Positions 41,053 through 52,743 of a stretch of DNA of 64,000 nt are shown piece after piece. A program made the translations under genes and the position numbers. The DNA comes from Vicugna vicugna (lineage: Eukaryota). The stretch is from contig MU058384.1 in the NCBI GenBank assembly GCA_013265495.1, positions 557,622 to 621,621 on the forward strand. Direction: 5' to 3'. How positions within the stretch are numbered: position 1 is the stretch's first letter; each line of letters starts with the position of its first letter. The notes below the pieces were generated by a model. The model was not told the DNA's origin. It did not search any database and worked only from the letters and a program-made list of their open reading frames with translations.

Positions 41053-41862
41053 AAAATGAGTTTACTATTTCAGCATCAATGCCACACCCACATTTGAAAC
41101 ACAGGAATGCAGAAACGTAGGAGATACAAGATGAAAAAGTCATGCATAATCTAATGTTAGAAAGTTTTCTGATCCCAAATAAAAGCAGGTGGGAAGACAA
41201 TATAGGAGTCAAAGGTGTAAGACAAGATCTCATCAACCATGAATGAGAGCAGATAGATTTAACTGTAGTTTTCACCTTTTCCACTGGTTGAAGTAGGCAG
41301 TCTAGAGACTAGGGCAAATTTCAAATCCAGCAATTCAGGACAAGACTTGCAGATCAATATTATTAAGTCCTTGAACTCAGTTGAGGAAAACATTTTCTAT
41401 GCGTACTTCAGGTTTAGTGTTAAATTAACAGAGACAGGTCTCCCAATGCCAAGAGAAGTTTGTAGGAGGAAGCACACATGTTCCAAAGGCCTCAGGGCTC
41501 TTGGAAGTGTGATTTCAGAGAAAGGGAAGAGAAACAGCATTCTTGAAAAAAAGCACTGATTGAATACAGATGTGCTGCCATTTACATGTCTGCCTCTTGC
41601 CCTAGTCCACTGGCTCTCTGAGATCAGATTCCAGCATACACTCTCTGGGCGCTTTCCCCAGAATCCTTCTAACCACTCCATACCTTTTCTATTTCTTCGT
41701 TTCCTTTCAAGTGATGGAGTTTCAAAAGCATTCCTTTCATCTTTGCTTAAACTTTCCCCCGCTATAGCTAATGGTTCCTTTTCCTCCTTGTAATGTCTGG
41801 TCTCTATTTGTCTATTTTGTTGATTCCATATAAAACCAAACCAGAATAGTACCTAAACATAA

Positions 41863-41912
41863 ACACGTACGCGCACACACACACACACGTATGTATGTAT
41901 GTATGTATGCAT
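41863..41912. repeat. Compound (CA)n/(GTAT)n microsatellite with perfect purine-pyrimidine alternation
   Basis: acacgtacgcgc(ac)n...gtatgtatgtatgtatgtatgcat, 50 bp. Confidence 0.95.
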
Positions 41913-42514
41913 TGTTTCTTAATACACGCAGTTAGACAGTTTCTAAACATCCATAAACAATTACATTCAGACTAAACTATGCATTCTACCTCCAAAACAT
42001 ACATAGCAAACAACACAATACACAGATTTCATGCTTATCTTTCCAGGCCCTTTTTGTTTTCAACTTTTATGTGACATTTTCAATAAGAATCGTGGTTTTA
42101 TGTTCATCTGTTACCCCTTAACAAATTTCATCTGTCTGCTTTAATCACTTAGAGCTCATTCCGTACCTTTTAGTGTCAAAACTGCGATCCGGATTTAGAT
42201 TGGTACAGAGAATTTTTTTAAGTCAGAAAACTAAGAGATGCTGATTTTTAATTTCAGTTACACTAATGTTGGGTTTGGCTTGGACCAGATGGTCAGGCTC
42301 TGAGTTGTTATTACTTAATTTGTTAGTTCTCTTTCACTTTGTTCCCACTTTTAAAATTAATATGGTGCCCTATCTTCAGTAGGAATTCATTTCTCAACAA
42401 CACATACCATGTTTCCTTTATTGTACACCTTGATTATAAATACTAAGTATATGGCAGAATTTGTGCTTTGGTTTAGTGCAGAAGGTAAAATCAATAAATT
42501 TTATTTTATTTAAC

Positions 42515-42720
42515 AAGGATTTACAGAACATTCATTAAGTGCCAACCTCTGCCTGAGTGCTTTATATATATAGCAATTCAATTAATCTTCATAATAGCCT
42601 CATATAAATACTTCTATTTTTAATACACTGAAACTGAGAAAAAGCTAGTGAAGTAACTTGCAGGAGATATTACAACTAATAAGTGACAGAATTAGAATTA
42701 TAACCCTAGAGCAATTTGGC
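42515..42720 (-). mobile_element. MIR SINE
   Basis: 'attaatcttcataatagcct...gaaactgagaaaaagctagtgaagtaacttgcaggagatattacaactaataagtgacagaattagaatt'. Confidence 0.8.
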
Positions 42721-42814
42721 CTATAAAATTTAAGCTATTTTATTTATCTTTAAAGTTGGCTGTCCAGAGTTAAATATTTATATTTTATAATAAAATATTT
42801 TATAGTTTGTAACT

Positions 42815-43885
42815 TTTAAAAATATTTTGAGTTAAAGTTGCAAAAGTAATATACAAAACTACTGTGTATATCTTAAACAAAGATTTCTCAATTGTTAATA
42901 TTTACCATATTTTGCCTTATAATTTTCTCTCTATATAAGTACATTTTATGATTTTCTAAACAGTTTGAGAGTAAATTGTGACATGATGCCTGAGTATATT
43001 CCCTACTAGCAAAACCATATTCATACATTACTATTATATTTGTATAATTGCTTCATTGAATAATATTATATAATTGATGTAATTTTTAATCTAATTTACA
43101 GAACAATCACCAATTTTCTCAATAATGAACTTTAGAAAAAAAATTTGTCCCCAATGCAATTCAAAATCACTTATTGCTTTTAGCTTTAATATCTATTTTA
43201 GCCTTTTTTAAAATCTATAGCTGTTACCTTAGTAATTCTTTATCTACCCTGACCTTGATAAATTGGAGGATTACAGGCCAGTTATTTTGTGTAATTTCTC
43301 CCAATTTGTATTTAACCGATGTTTCCTTTTGATTAAATAGAGGTTATGTAAGTGATCTTGCTTTATTCCATTACTGTAATAACTCTGATCATTTGATTAA
43401 GATGATGTCAGCCAGACTTCTCCATAGTAAAGTTGAAAATTTTCCCTTTGTAAGTAATAAATACTTTGTGAGGAGATACTTTGAGAGTAAGCAAATATCC
43501 TCTCCTTTATTAAATTTTCACACAGGTGTTAGTACCCATTGATTATCCTGACATGAATCAGTTTTTACTATGATGTTTTCAAATGCTGATTTTCAAATTC
43601 TCTCATTCCTTTTGCATCTACTAATGGGCATTTTACTGTATGTAAGAACTTTCCTCCTGTTCCTTACACTTACATAGTTACTTAGGAATGTACATCACTA
43701 AGGACCCATAGATTCCACTTCATTCTATGAGTTATAATCCATTAATATCCTTCTCCATTTTAATGTTCAAATTCTCCAAAGCATGGCCACTGGAAGCTTT
43801 TTCAGACAAGCTCCTGTGTCTTTTGTTCACACCCCATCGTTCCTTGAACATTTCTCTACTTTCTGACACACAGATATTTACTTGT
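42815..43885 (-). mobile_element. L1MC4/5-like 3' UTR
   Basis: 'aagttgcaaaagtaatatacaaaact', 'ttacaggccagttattttgt', 'gccagacttctccatagtaaag', 'tttgtgaggagatactttgaga'. Confidence 0.8.
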
Positions 43886-44149
43886 TTCCTTGACATCCTC
43901 ATTTATATGAAAAACCAGTTTGGTTGATTTGTTTACAGTATATTGTAGGCTTTTTTCTTCTTTTACCCCAGATTTCTTATTCATTTTTGAGGATGTCAAA
44001 TATTAACATGGTTCCAAAAGACAAACTGTCTAAAACGGTATACTCAGAGAATTATCATTGCTCCCCTCATTCCTTCTACTCTAGCCCCACTCCCAATCTC
44101 ATTAGTTTAACTTATCCTTGCTATGCTTTTTCTTCCAAAAAAAAAAAAT

Positions 44150-46800
44150 AGATTTGTTCTCTATAATATTTTTTATTTTTTCTTATAAAGAAGTAATATA
44201 TATTATCAATATTCTTAACAGGTAGCTTTTTTCATCAAAAAACATATTCTAAGTATCATTTAATACATAGAGAGATCTTTTCTATTCTCTTATAGCTACA
44301 TAATACTCCATTGTGTATTTACCATAATTAATTGAACTAGTGTCCTATGTATGTACATTTATGTTGTTTGCAATATTTTGCAATTACAGAAACATTGCAA
44401 TGAATAACTTTGTGAAGTGTTTCCATATTACTCAGGATGAATTTTCAGAGTAAATTCCTAGGAGCAAAACTGCTGAGTCAAAGATAAACGTAAATCTTTT
44501 TAAGATATGGCTGATTTCCGTTCGACAAGAGTTGCACCCACTTGCATTTCCATTAAAGTAGGAGAATGTGTGTTTCCCTAAAGCCTGTCCAGCAGAATAC
44601 TGTGTCAAACTTCTAATTTCTGCCAATGTGATAGTCTCCAGAGTAGTTTTAATTTGCATTTCCTTTAAATGATTAAAGTTGAATGTCTCTTCATGTATAT
44701 TAGAATAGTTTATATCATTTTGCTTCTGAATTGTCTAATTTTTCTACTCAGTATGTGGACTTCTCACCCTAAATTTCTACAAGTTTTAGATCTTTATCTG
44801 TAATATTTTCCCCGATTGTCATTTGTCTTTTAAAGTTGCCTATATGCTATTTTCTTTGGTAATGTAGAAGTTTTTTGTAATCTATTCAAATTTAAGAATT
44901 TTTTCTTTCACTGTATCTAGATTTTGAGTCGAATTTAGAAAAAATTCCCCTATATCCGTTTCTCTCATATTTGTATAATTTCATTATTATTATTATTATT
45001 TTTTACATTACAATCTCTAATTTATTTAGAGTTTATGGTTTGAAGTATAAATTTAAATGTATCTTTTTCCAATGCTACATAGTTACTTCAGCAGCATTTA
45101 TTAAAAAGTTTATCTTACCCAAGTGATATGAGATATTTTCTCATATATATAGAATTTCATGTATACTTGGATCTATTTATTTATTTTTATTCTTTTCCAC
45201 TGGTCTGTCTCCTCACATGTCATTACCACACAATTGTAATCAGAGAGGCTTTATAGTATTTTTAATATGTGATACAGCTTGTGCTTCTCTTAGCTTTTCT
45301 TGTTTAAATTATTGTATGCTTGCCTTTCAATAGAATCTTCACTCTCAGTGTATCTACTTTCATTCAAAATTAACAGTTTTCTAAAATACTTAATTAGTTT
45401 AGGGAAAACTGATATTTCTATGGTGTTGAAACATCATACTTTAGTCTGTTTTTGTACTACTTTTGTCAGGGTTAGAAATAACAATATACTTGCTTCATAT
45501 AAACCATTTGAAATGCTTATGCTCTAGAACAGTTGATGTTGCATTTGGCTTACATGCGTATTTGATAAAATTCCACTAGAAATCATACAGATGTGGTACT
45601 TTTGTTTATAGGTTATTTCCCTTAATGACTTCATTTATTCAAGGAAATCAGTCTTTGAAAGATTGTTTTAGTGCTTACTGGAGTAAATTATAGCAAACTG
45701 TTCTTGCTAAAACACTGCTTCACATAGGTTTTAAAATTTATATACATAGAGGTCTGAAAATTGTTATTTTGAAGAATTTTATTTTTTCTCTATGGTTATG
45801 TTATTTTTCTCTCTACTCACTTATTATTTTATGCTTTCTTTACATTTTCTCAATAAAATTCGCTAGTAGCTAGTCTACTTTCAAGTATTTTTCAAAATAT
45901 GGTATTTTTTTAAAGTATGGTATGTTAACATCTTCTATTTTTAATGTGTTTCTGTGTTCCCTTCTAATTTCTATAATTTCCACTTTATAAAAGTAATTTC
46001 TTTGTTGTTTATGTGTAGATATTTACAACTTTTATCATCATGATAAAATATGATTTTTGTATTAAACAGCAGCCTTTAACACCTTTTGAGTTGAACTTTG
46101 CTTTGTCTGATGTTAAAATTTAAACCCCTGTTTCTACCTTGCTCAACTATGTTTTAGATGTGCTTATTATGTAGAGCATAGAATGGCTAATTCTCTCTAA
46201 TGTCTCTCTGAGACAAAATAATATTTATTGGCTAATTTAGGCCTTGAATTCCCTAAAAATTCTGTTCCATTGTTCCTTTGATCTTTTTGATGCTTTTTCA
46301 GAAATCTGATGCCAGTTTAATATTCTGGTAAGTTATTTCATCTTTCTGCATGGAGTGTCTGAGGACTTTTTCTTTATTAAAAAATTCTAGTAATTTACTA
46401 GGTTATGCCCTAGAGTTGACCATTCTAGAAGGGACAATTTTCTCAAATGCCTGGTGGGCATTTTCAAAATACAAATTCAGGTCTTTTTTTAATTCTGTGA
46501 ATTTTTCTTGGATTATAGTAGTAAATATCTATTCTATTTCATTGTTAAGATTTTCTTCTTCCTGGAATTCAATTATACATATATTAGATCTTTTTTGCCT
46601 CTTTTCTTTTTAAGTAATTTTTGTCTCAGACATTTTACCTTCTTTCTTTCTCTATTTCATTCTCATTCATATGGTTGTTTTCCTACTTTAATATGCCCAT
46701 TAAGCATTTACTTTAATCTGTTCTTCCTTGGTCTTTTGAATTATGTTTTTTTTTTTTTTGTAGGATCTTAATTTCTTGTCCTTTAAAATTTTTACTTTAT
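44150..46800 (-). mobile_element. Highly decayed old L1 (L1ME/HAL1-like) segments
   Basis: 'gagtaaattcctaggagcaaaactgctgagtcaaag', 'gttttaatttgcatttcc', and ORF1-region-like 'aaatctgatgccagttta...ttttcaaaatacaaattcaggtc'. Confidence 0.7.
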
Positions 46801-47079
46801 TGCTTAATTTCCAAAGAGCTTCTTTCTTTTTTAAAAATATATTTTTTTCCAGGGAGCACTGGCTTTTCAAGGCTTCCTCGGGTAATCCTTTTTTTTTTTT
46901 TTAAGTCCTTTTCCTAAACTATGAGCTCAGATCTTGTATTAAATAAAATCTAATAACTATTTTATAGGTAGAGTAGACATTCTCAGAGTCATTGTACTTC
47001 AGTATTACAGTCTCTGGTTCCCCTTTTGCTTGCAGGGGATTTTGTGTGTGTGCTTTTTTTTTTTTTTTAGGAAAGTCAC

Positions 47080-47199
47080 NNNNNNNNNNNNNNNNNNNNN
47101 NNNNNNNNNNNNNNNNNNNNNNNNNNNNNNNNNNNNNNNNNNNNNNNNNNNNNNNNNNNNNNNNNNNNNNNNNNNNNNNNNNNNNNNNNNNNNNNNNNN
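47080..47199. other. Assembly gap (120 N) flanked by poly-T runs
   Basis: N run seen directly, with T tracts at 47054-47068 and 47200-47214. Confidence 1.
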
Positions 47200-47859
47200 T
47201 TTTTTTTTTTTTTTAAGACAGTCTCTTGGCTCTTTGTAAATGTCTGTGATAGAGCTTAATTGAACAGCCTTATTAAAATTGGTATTTATTTCACTACTAA
47301 CGGGTATCTTCACTGGTTTTGGTTAAGCTGAAGAAATGAGATTGATATGGATGTATTTGTTCTTCTTGTTGCTTTGTATATTTTTTGGAGAAAATGTTGA
47401 GATATTTCCATTTAAGTAGCCCTCATTATCAGAGTTACCCAGAATTAAATCTTCCTTATTGATAACAATATCAGTATTTAAAATTTTTATTTAATATTTA
47501 GTTTACTAAATGGTGATTTATCATCAGATAGCTAGCTAGATAACTAATATCTAACCATATGATAGTATACGTAGCTCATTTACACTGGAAAATTAAGTAA
47601 ATGACATATTTATGGTAGTCATCATTAATCAACTGATTTTGGAAACTTTACAAGTAAAATATTGACTATTTTAAAATCATTTTAATATAAAAGTATTTGG
47701 GCACTCTAACTCCAAATATTTGGAAAATATTGTGATGTATAAAATTTATTATTATATTTAATTCTTGTCCCTTAAAGTATAATAATAAACATTAGTAGCA
47801 TAGCACACATTTCACACTTGAGATGAACCAAAAGGGAATCAAATGGTCTTTTGAATTTA

Positions 47860-48432
47860 CTGTGTAATCTTCCTTTCCATTCATTGCCTTCAGTGACTTC
47901 CTATCTTATTCTAGATAAAATGTCATAGTATTTTTCAGTGGCATATACAATCTTAACAGATGTTGATTTCTAGCTATCTTTCTAAAATCATGTATTTTCC
48001 ATTTTGCTCACTGTGCACCAGGCCCATTATCTTCTCTGTAGCTTATTGACACACCTGCCTCATCCTGCCCCAAAGCTTTGCATACGATAGTCCTTCTTCT
48101 TGGAAATCCTTTTTCTCAGATATATACGTGCTTGTACATACAGTTACTTCAAGCTACTGTAGCTACCAAAGTCTCTGTTCATATTATAAAAATATCAATG
48201 ATGAGATTATCATTCCTAGACCACATTATATAGAATAAATCCCTCCCCACTCACTGCCTTCATTTTGTATATTTATGTATTTCTTTATTTTTCTGTCTCC
48301 TCTCCCTAGAAAATAATTTCCCTGAGGGCAGGCACTTTGCCCTGTATTCCCAAAAACTAGAATAAAAACATCTCTTGGGGTGTAAAAGTTGTTCAGTAAA
48401 TATTTGTGTATGAACAAAGGAATGACTGAATT
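47860..48432 (+). mobile_element. L2 3' end
   Basis: Ends 'cctgagggcaggcactttgccctg...ttcagtaaatatttgtgtatgaacaaaggaatgactgaa', the canonical L2 tail. Confidence 0.85.
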
Positions 48433-50394
48433 TTTTATATATCTCCTTGAGGGAAAAGCACTTCTTGAATGTAATTATTCTGAATACTTATGATGTTCAG
48501 CAAGGTACTGAACTGAGGCATAATTGGTGCATGATAAAAACTTAGTGATGGATATTGAAGAGTCATTTTCTTTTATATCATTAATTTTCTGTTCATTTCA
48601 ACAAATTTTTACAGAGCTCATATTCTGTAACCATTAACTGTATAGGTGCAAGTAATACTAAATTTAATAAAACATGATATCTGCCATAAAAGCACTGCAA
48701 ATCATTTCAAATTCTAATATTTATAAAGAGCAGATTAAAAAAAAAGCAGATTTGTAGAAATCTATATTTGCAGTAGAATTTTTTCTTGGATATTCAGAAA
48801 GCAGTAGGGAAAGAATTCTATACAATACACGGGCATTGTTCTTAATTTCAGAGGGTTTTTTTCATGTTCATTATACCTTCCTAAGAACTAGAAAATAGTT
48901 ATGTAAGCTATGTCAGAAATTAGATTCCAGACATAAACCTAAATGATAAAACATTAACTTGAATTTAACGATACTAGATTTATACCTGTATGTCTATTTT
49001 TATATGAATTATTTCCTAGGTATTTTAATTTTTTCCGGGATGTATTTACCTGCTATTATTGTATAAATGCCAGTTTGTTGGACATGAATCTAAACAGGAA
49101 TATTTCAAGACCTCTAAGTGCTGATGTCCTAAGACACATAAAGAACAAGGCAATTCTTTGTTTTACAATATAAATAGTAATAATATTTAAAATATAAATA
49201 ATAATTATAGTAATATCTAGCATAGTTTTAATGTTACGATGTTTACTTAATGTAACTATGTTACGTGTTTAATGTGTTGAGCACTGTTCTAAATCCTTTT
49301 TATGAATTAATTTACTTTATATGAATATGCAGTGTTGCAGATTTATACTATATATAGATAGATAGAGTTATATCTGAATCGGATTTCTATCAGGCATAGT
49401 ATTGCTCTTTCTACTGCAAATAACACAGCAAAACAGAGATATATTTTATTATATTGAGAAATAAGGGGAGTCTATTCAATTATTTTGTCGATTAAACTAA
49501 AGCAGGAGGAAACAGAATCAGGATTGATTAGGATGGACTATTGAAGTGCTTTTTCTTCTTCAGCTTATTCGAGCTAATGGCTCCCATCCACTCATTAGGC
49601 AGCTAATATACACACTGACATGATATCAGAGGTTCTGGTGGGACTGTAGCAAATCCACGTACTTCATGAAGAGAACCGTCCATTCAGGCTGCACACTGTT
49701 TAGTCAGCAGAAAGTTTTTGTCTGCTAAAAAGGCACTAGCTCTTTATAATACTACATGATGTTAATGATTCAAATGGGCTGTTTCATTCTGTTTTTGTTT
49801 TTTAACAGAAAGTAATGTGTTCAAAGAACTTTTATCAATGATTAAACCACCAGCCCCAATATAAAAATAGCTGTTAGGATAAGAAATTTCTGACTAGAAT
49901 GTCCCAGAGAGAGAGAACAGAGTTCTACAAATGCAGGAAGGAGTTAGCTATGATAAGGTGAGACCTAGGATTCCTGTTAAAAAATATAGTGCATTTATTA
50001 TAGGTAGTTTGAATGGACATTATGCTTTTAATGGCTCCTAAGTTTACCTTAGAATTTTGGGGAACTGTGTTTTTATCCTGTCTGGTGAGAGAATTCTGAC
50101 TGATGTCTGTAAGGTGAGGCTCACAGACCAAGTGTGTTAAGGCAGTTATAACAGTGTAATTTTTCTGAGCCTAAAAAAGATAGTTCTAGATTTAATTGAG
50201 AAACACCTAAACACATGCTTCTTTGAATGAATCCTTACTTTTATTTTTTAAATTTTCATTCTAAAAAGGAGAGTAGAATACTAGAATAGTGTTAAGTTTA
50301 GAGAGTCCTTGGGTAAAAAAGACAGTGATAAAATTTCAACTGAAGCTTCATGTCCACCCTGAGTCTAAGTGCTTTCAACTAAAATAAATATTTT

Positions 50395-50645
50395 CAGGTA
50401 TACAGCAAAGTGATTCAGATATATATGTATACACTCACGTATATATGCATATATACACACATATACACAACATACATATATATTATATATAATTTCTCAG
50501 ATTATTTTCTATCATAGATTATTACAAGATACTGAATATCATACAGTAAATCCTTGTTGCTTGTCTATTATATATATATAGGAGTGTCTATCTGTTAATC
50601 CAATTTATCCCTTCCCCCCATTTCCCTTTTGGTAACTATAAGTTT
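50395..50645 (-). mobile_element. Young cetartiodactyl-type L1 3' UTR fragment lacking its terminal segment and poly(A)
   Basis: 'caggtatacagcaaagtgattcagatatatat...attattacaagatactgaatat...ccccatttcccttttggtaactataagttt', flanked by a 15-bp near-direct repeat. Confidence 0.9.
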
Positions 50646-51049
50646 TAAAATGAATATTTTTGAAATAGCAAGGGCATCATATTTTTCATGTTTTTCCAAG
50701 TAGAGGATATACCTATGATTTCCAGAAATGAGGGAATAATTGACCATGTCCTGAAATGGCAGGGGAAGAAAGGAAACAGCTCAGTTAAATCTGTGTGCAT
50801 CGAGCCACTTGATAAATGAAACACACAAAAAAGCTGAAATTGGAAGAAGCAGGCAAAGTTATCAGAAAAGGAAGAAATAAGCAGCTATTTCATTTACAGG
50901 CTGATCCAAATTCCTGTGATTTTATACACACACACACATACAGAGAGAGAGAGTCTCTTTATGTTATATGTGTAATATAGCTGATGATTAATAATGTATG
51001 ATGGAAAAGAGAGTACAATCCATATTAAATCTTTATTAGCTATTATGAT

Positions 51050-52262
51050 ACATAATTTTGACCACCATCTAGTCCTTAAAACTCTCTCCTACTGTAGCTT
51101 TCATGACATGAATTCAATTTGTTTTTCTTCTATTTCTCTGGCCAGTTTTATTCCGTCTATTTTATGGAATCTCCCTCTGTCCTTCTACATAACTAGTTTT
51201 CATCATATTTCTCTGCTTAGCCTTCTTACTCTAAATAAGTTTCCTGGAATATCTATTGTCATGGTTTCTTTCACCAGTATTTAGATAAATGTCAAATCTC
51301 TATCTCTAATCCTGACTTCTACAATGAACCTTAGACATCGTACATTCAACAGTATGACTTTAAATTCTACTGCCACCCTCATTCTGTCTAAAACTAAACC
51401 CAGCATCCTTGCACCACAATCCATTCCTCCTATATTTTATATTGCAGAGAGTGGCAACTGTTTTTCACTTAGGCAAACAATATGGAAACTCTTAATCAAA
51501 CTTTCAATCTTCATATTCAATTGCTCCTGAAGAAAAATTCTGTCTCCTCCATGGAAACCTACCTTTTCTCCATACTCATTACAACTGCCTATATTAATGA
51601 CAGTCTCAAACGTGATCTATAGAATATTTAAATCACGAGTGTGCTAGTAGATCAGGCTGCCTCATGCTCATACAACACTCATAATTGCACCAATAATCAC
51701 TTCCTTAGATGTGCATTTTATCATGTAATTCTTCACTTTAAAATATCAATGCCAGTAGTGCCTTCTTCTTAGTATGTTATAAAAGTCCTCCATGACCTAG
51801 TCTTTGGTCCATCTCCAGCTTCATGAGTCCCACTTCTCCTCGGTGTATAAGTCAGTATCGAATCACTTACTGTTTTCTTTAAGACACCTTGTCCCCTTGC
51901 CTTTCCACATCCTGCTCTCTCTTAGGGAATCACCTGCCGCACCTTTCTCACCAAGCCCTCTTATGTATCCTTCATAACTTATCTCAGATCCTCCCCGATA
52001 ATACTTGTGATATTATTTCTTTCAGTACGACATTTTTGGGATTGAGTTAGGTGCTCTTAAATGTCGCCCCATGACAGCTAGCTCTTATTGTCTGTAATTT
52101 AAAGGTCAGCTTCTTTGTCAGTCTCTTCCACTGAGACTCTTGAGAACGCAGTTGCCCTGTATTAGCTGTGTCTCTCAGGGATCAAGTCCATGATCTGGGG
52201 GAAAAAAACTTGCTTTTAGTAATTATAAATTAATAAATAATTGATGAATTGACTGAATTTGT
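51050..52262 (+). mobile_element. L2 LINE, 3' portion
   Basis: 'gaccaccatctagtccttaaaactctctcc', 'aaatctctatctctaatcctgacttct', and the tail 'taataaataattgatgaattgactgaa'. Confidence 0.8.
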
Positions 52263-52272
52263 GAACAATGCC

Positions 52273-52743
52273 TGTGATAGGCAGAATAATGGCCTATATA
52301 GGATTACTACATTCTGATTTCCAAAACCTGTTGATATAGTACCTAATATGGTAAAAGGGACTTTGTGGAAACAATTAAGTTAAAATTTTTGAAATGAAAA
52401 GATTTATTCTGCATTATCCACATTGGCCCTATATAAACACAAAGGTCTATATAAGGAGGCAGGGGTGTCAGAATCGGAGAGACGTGAAGATGGCACACAG
52501 CTGGATTTGAAGATGAAGGAAGGGGCTAGAAGTCAAGGAACGTAGGTGGCCTCTAGGAGCTGAAAAAGGCAAAGAAACAGATATTCCCCCAGAACCTCCA
52601 GAAGGAGCCCAGTCTTAAGATTTTAGCTTCATAAAAGTCATTTTCATCTTCTGACTTCTAGAAGTACAGGATAATAAATATGTGTTGTCTTAAGCCACTG
52701 AATTTGTGGCACTTTGTTACAAAAACAGTGAAAAACTAATACA
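52273..52743 (+). mobile_element. MaLR solo LTR (MLT1D-like), near full length, TG...CA ends
   Basis: Starts 'tgtgataggcagaataatggcc', contains 'ggtggcctctaggagctgaaaaaggcaaagaaacagatattcccccagaacctccagaagga', and ends 'aaaaactaataca'. Confidence 0.93.

Noticed and set aside
46992..47313. ORFs spanning the N run
   Set aside because: Artefacts of translating through an assembly gap.
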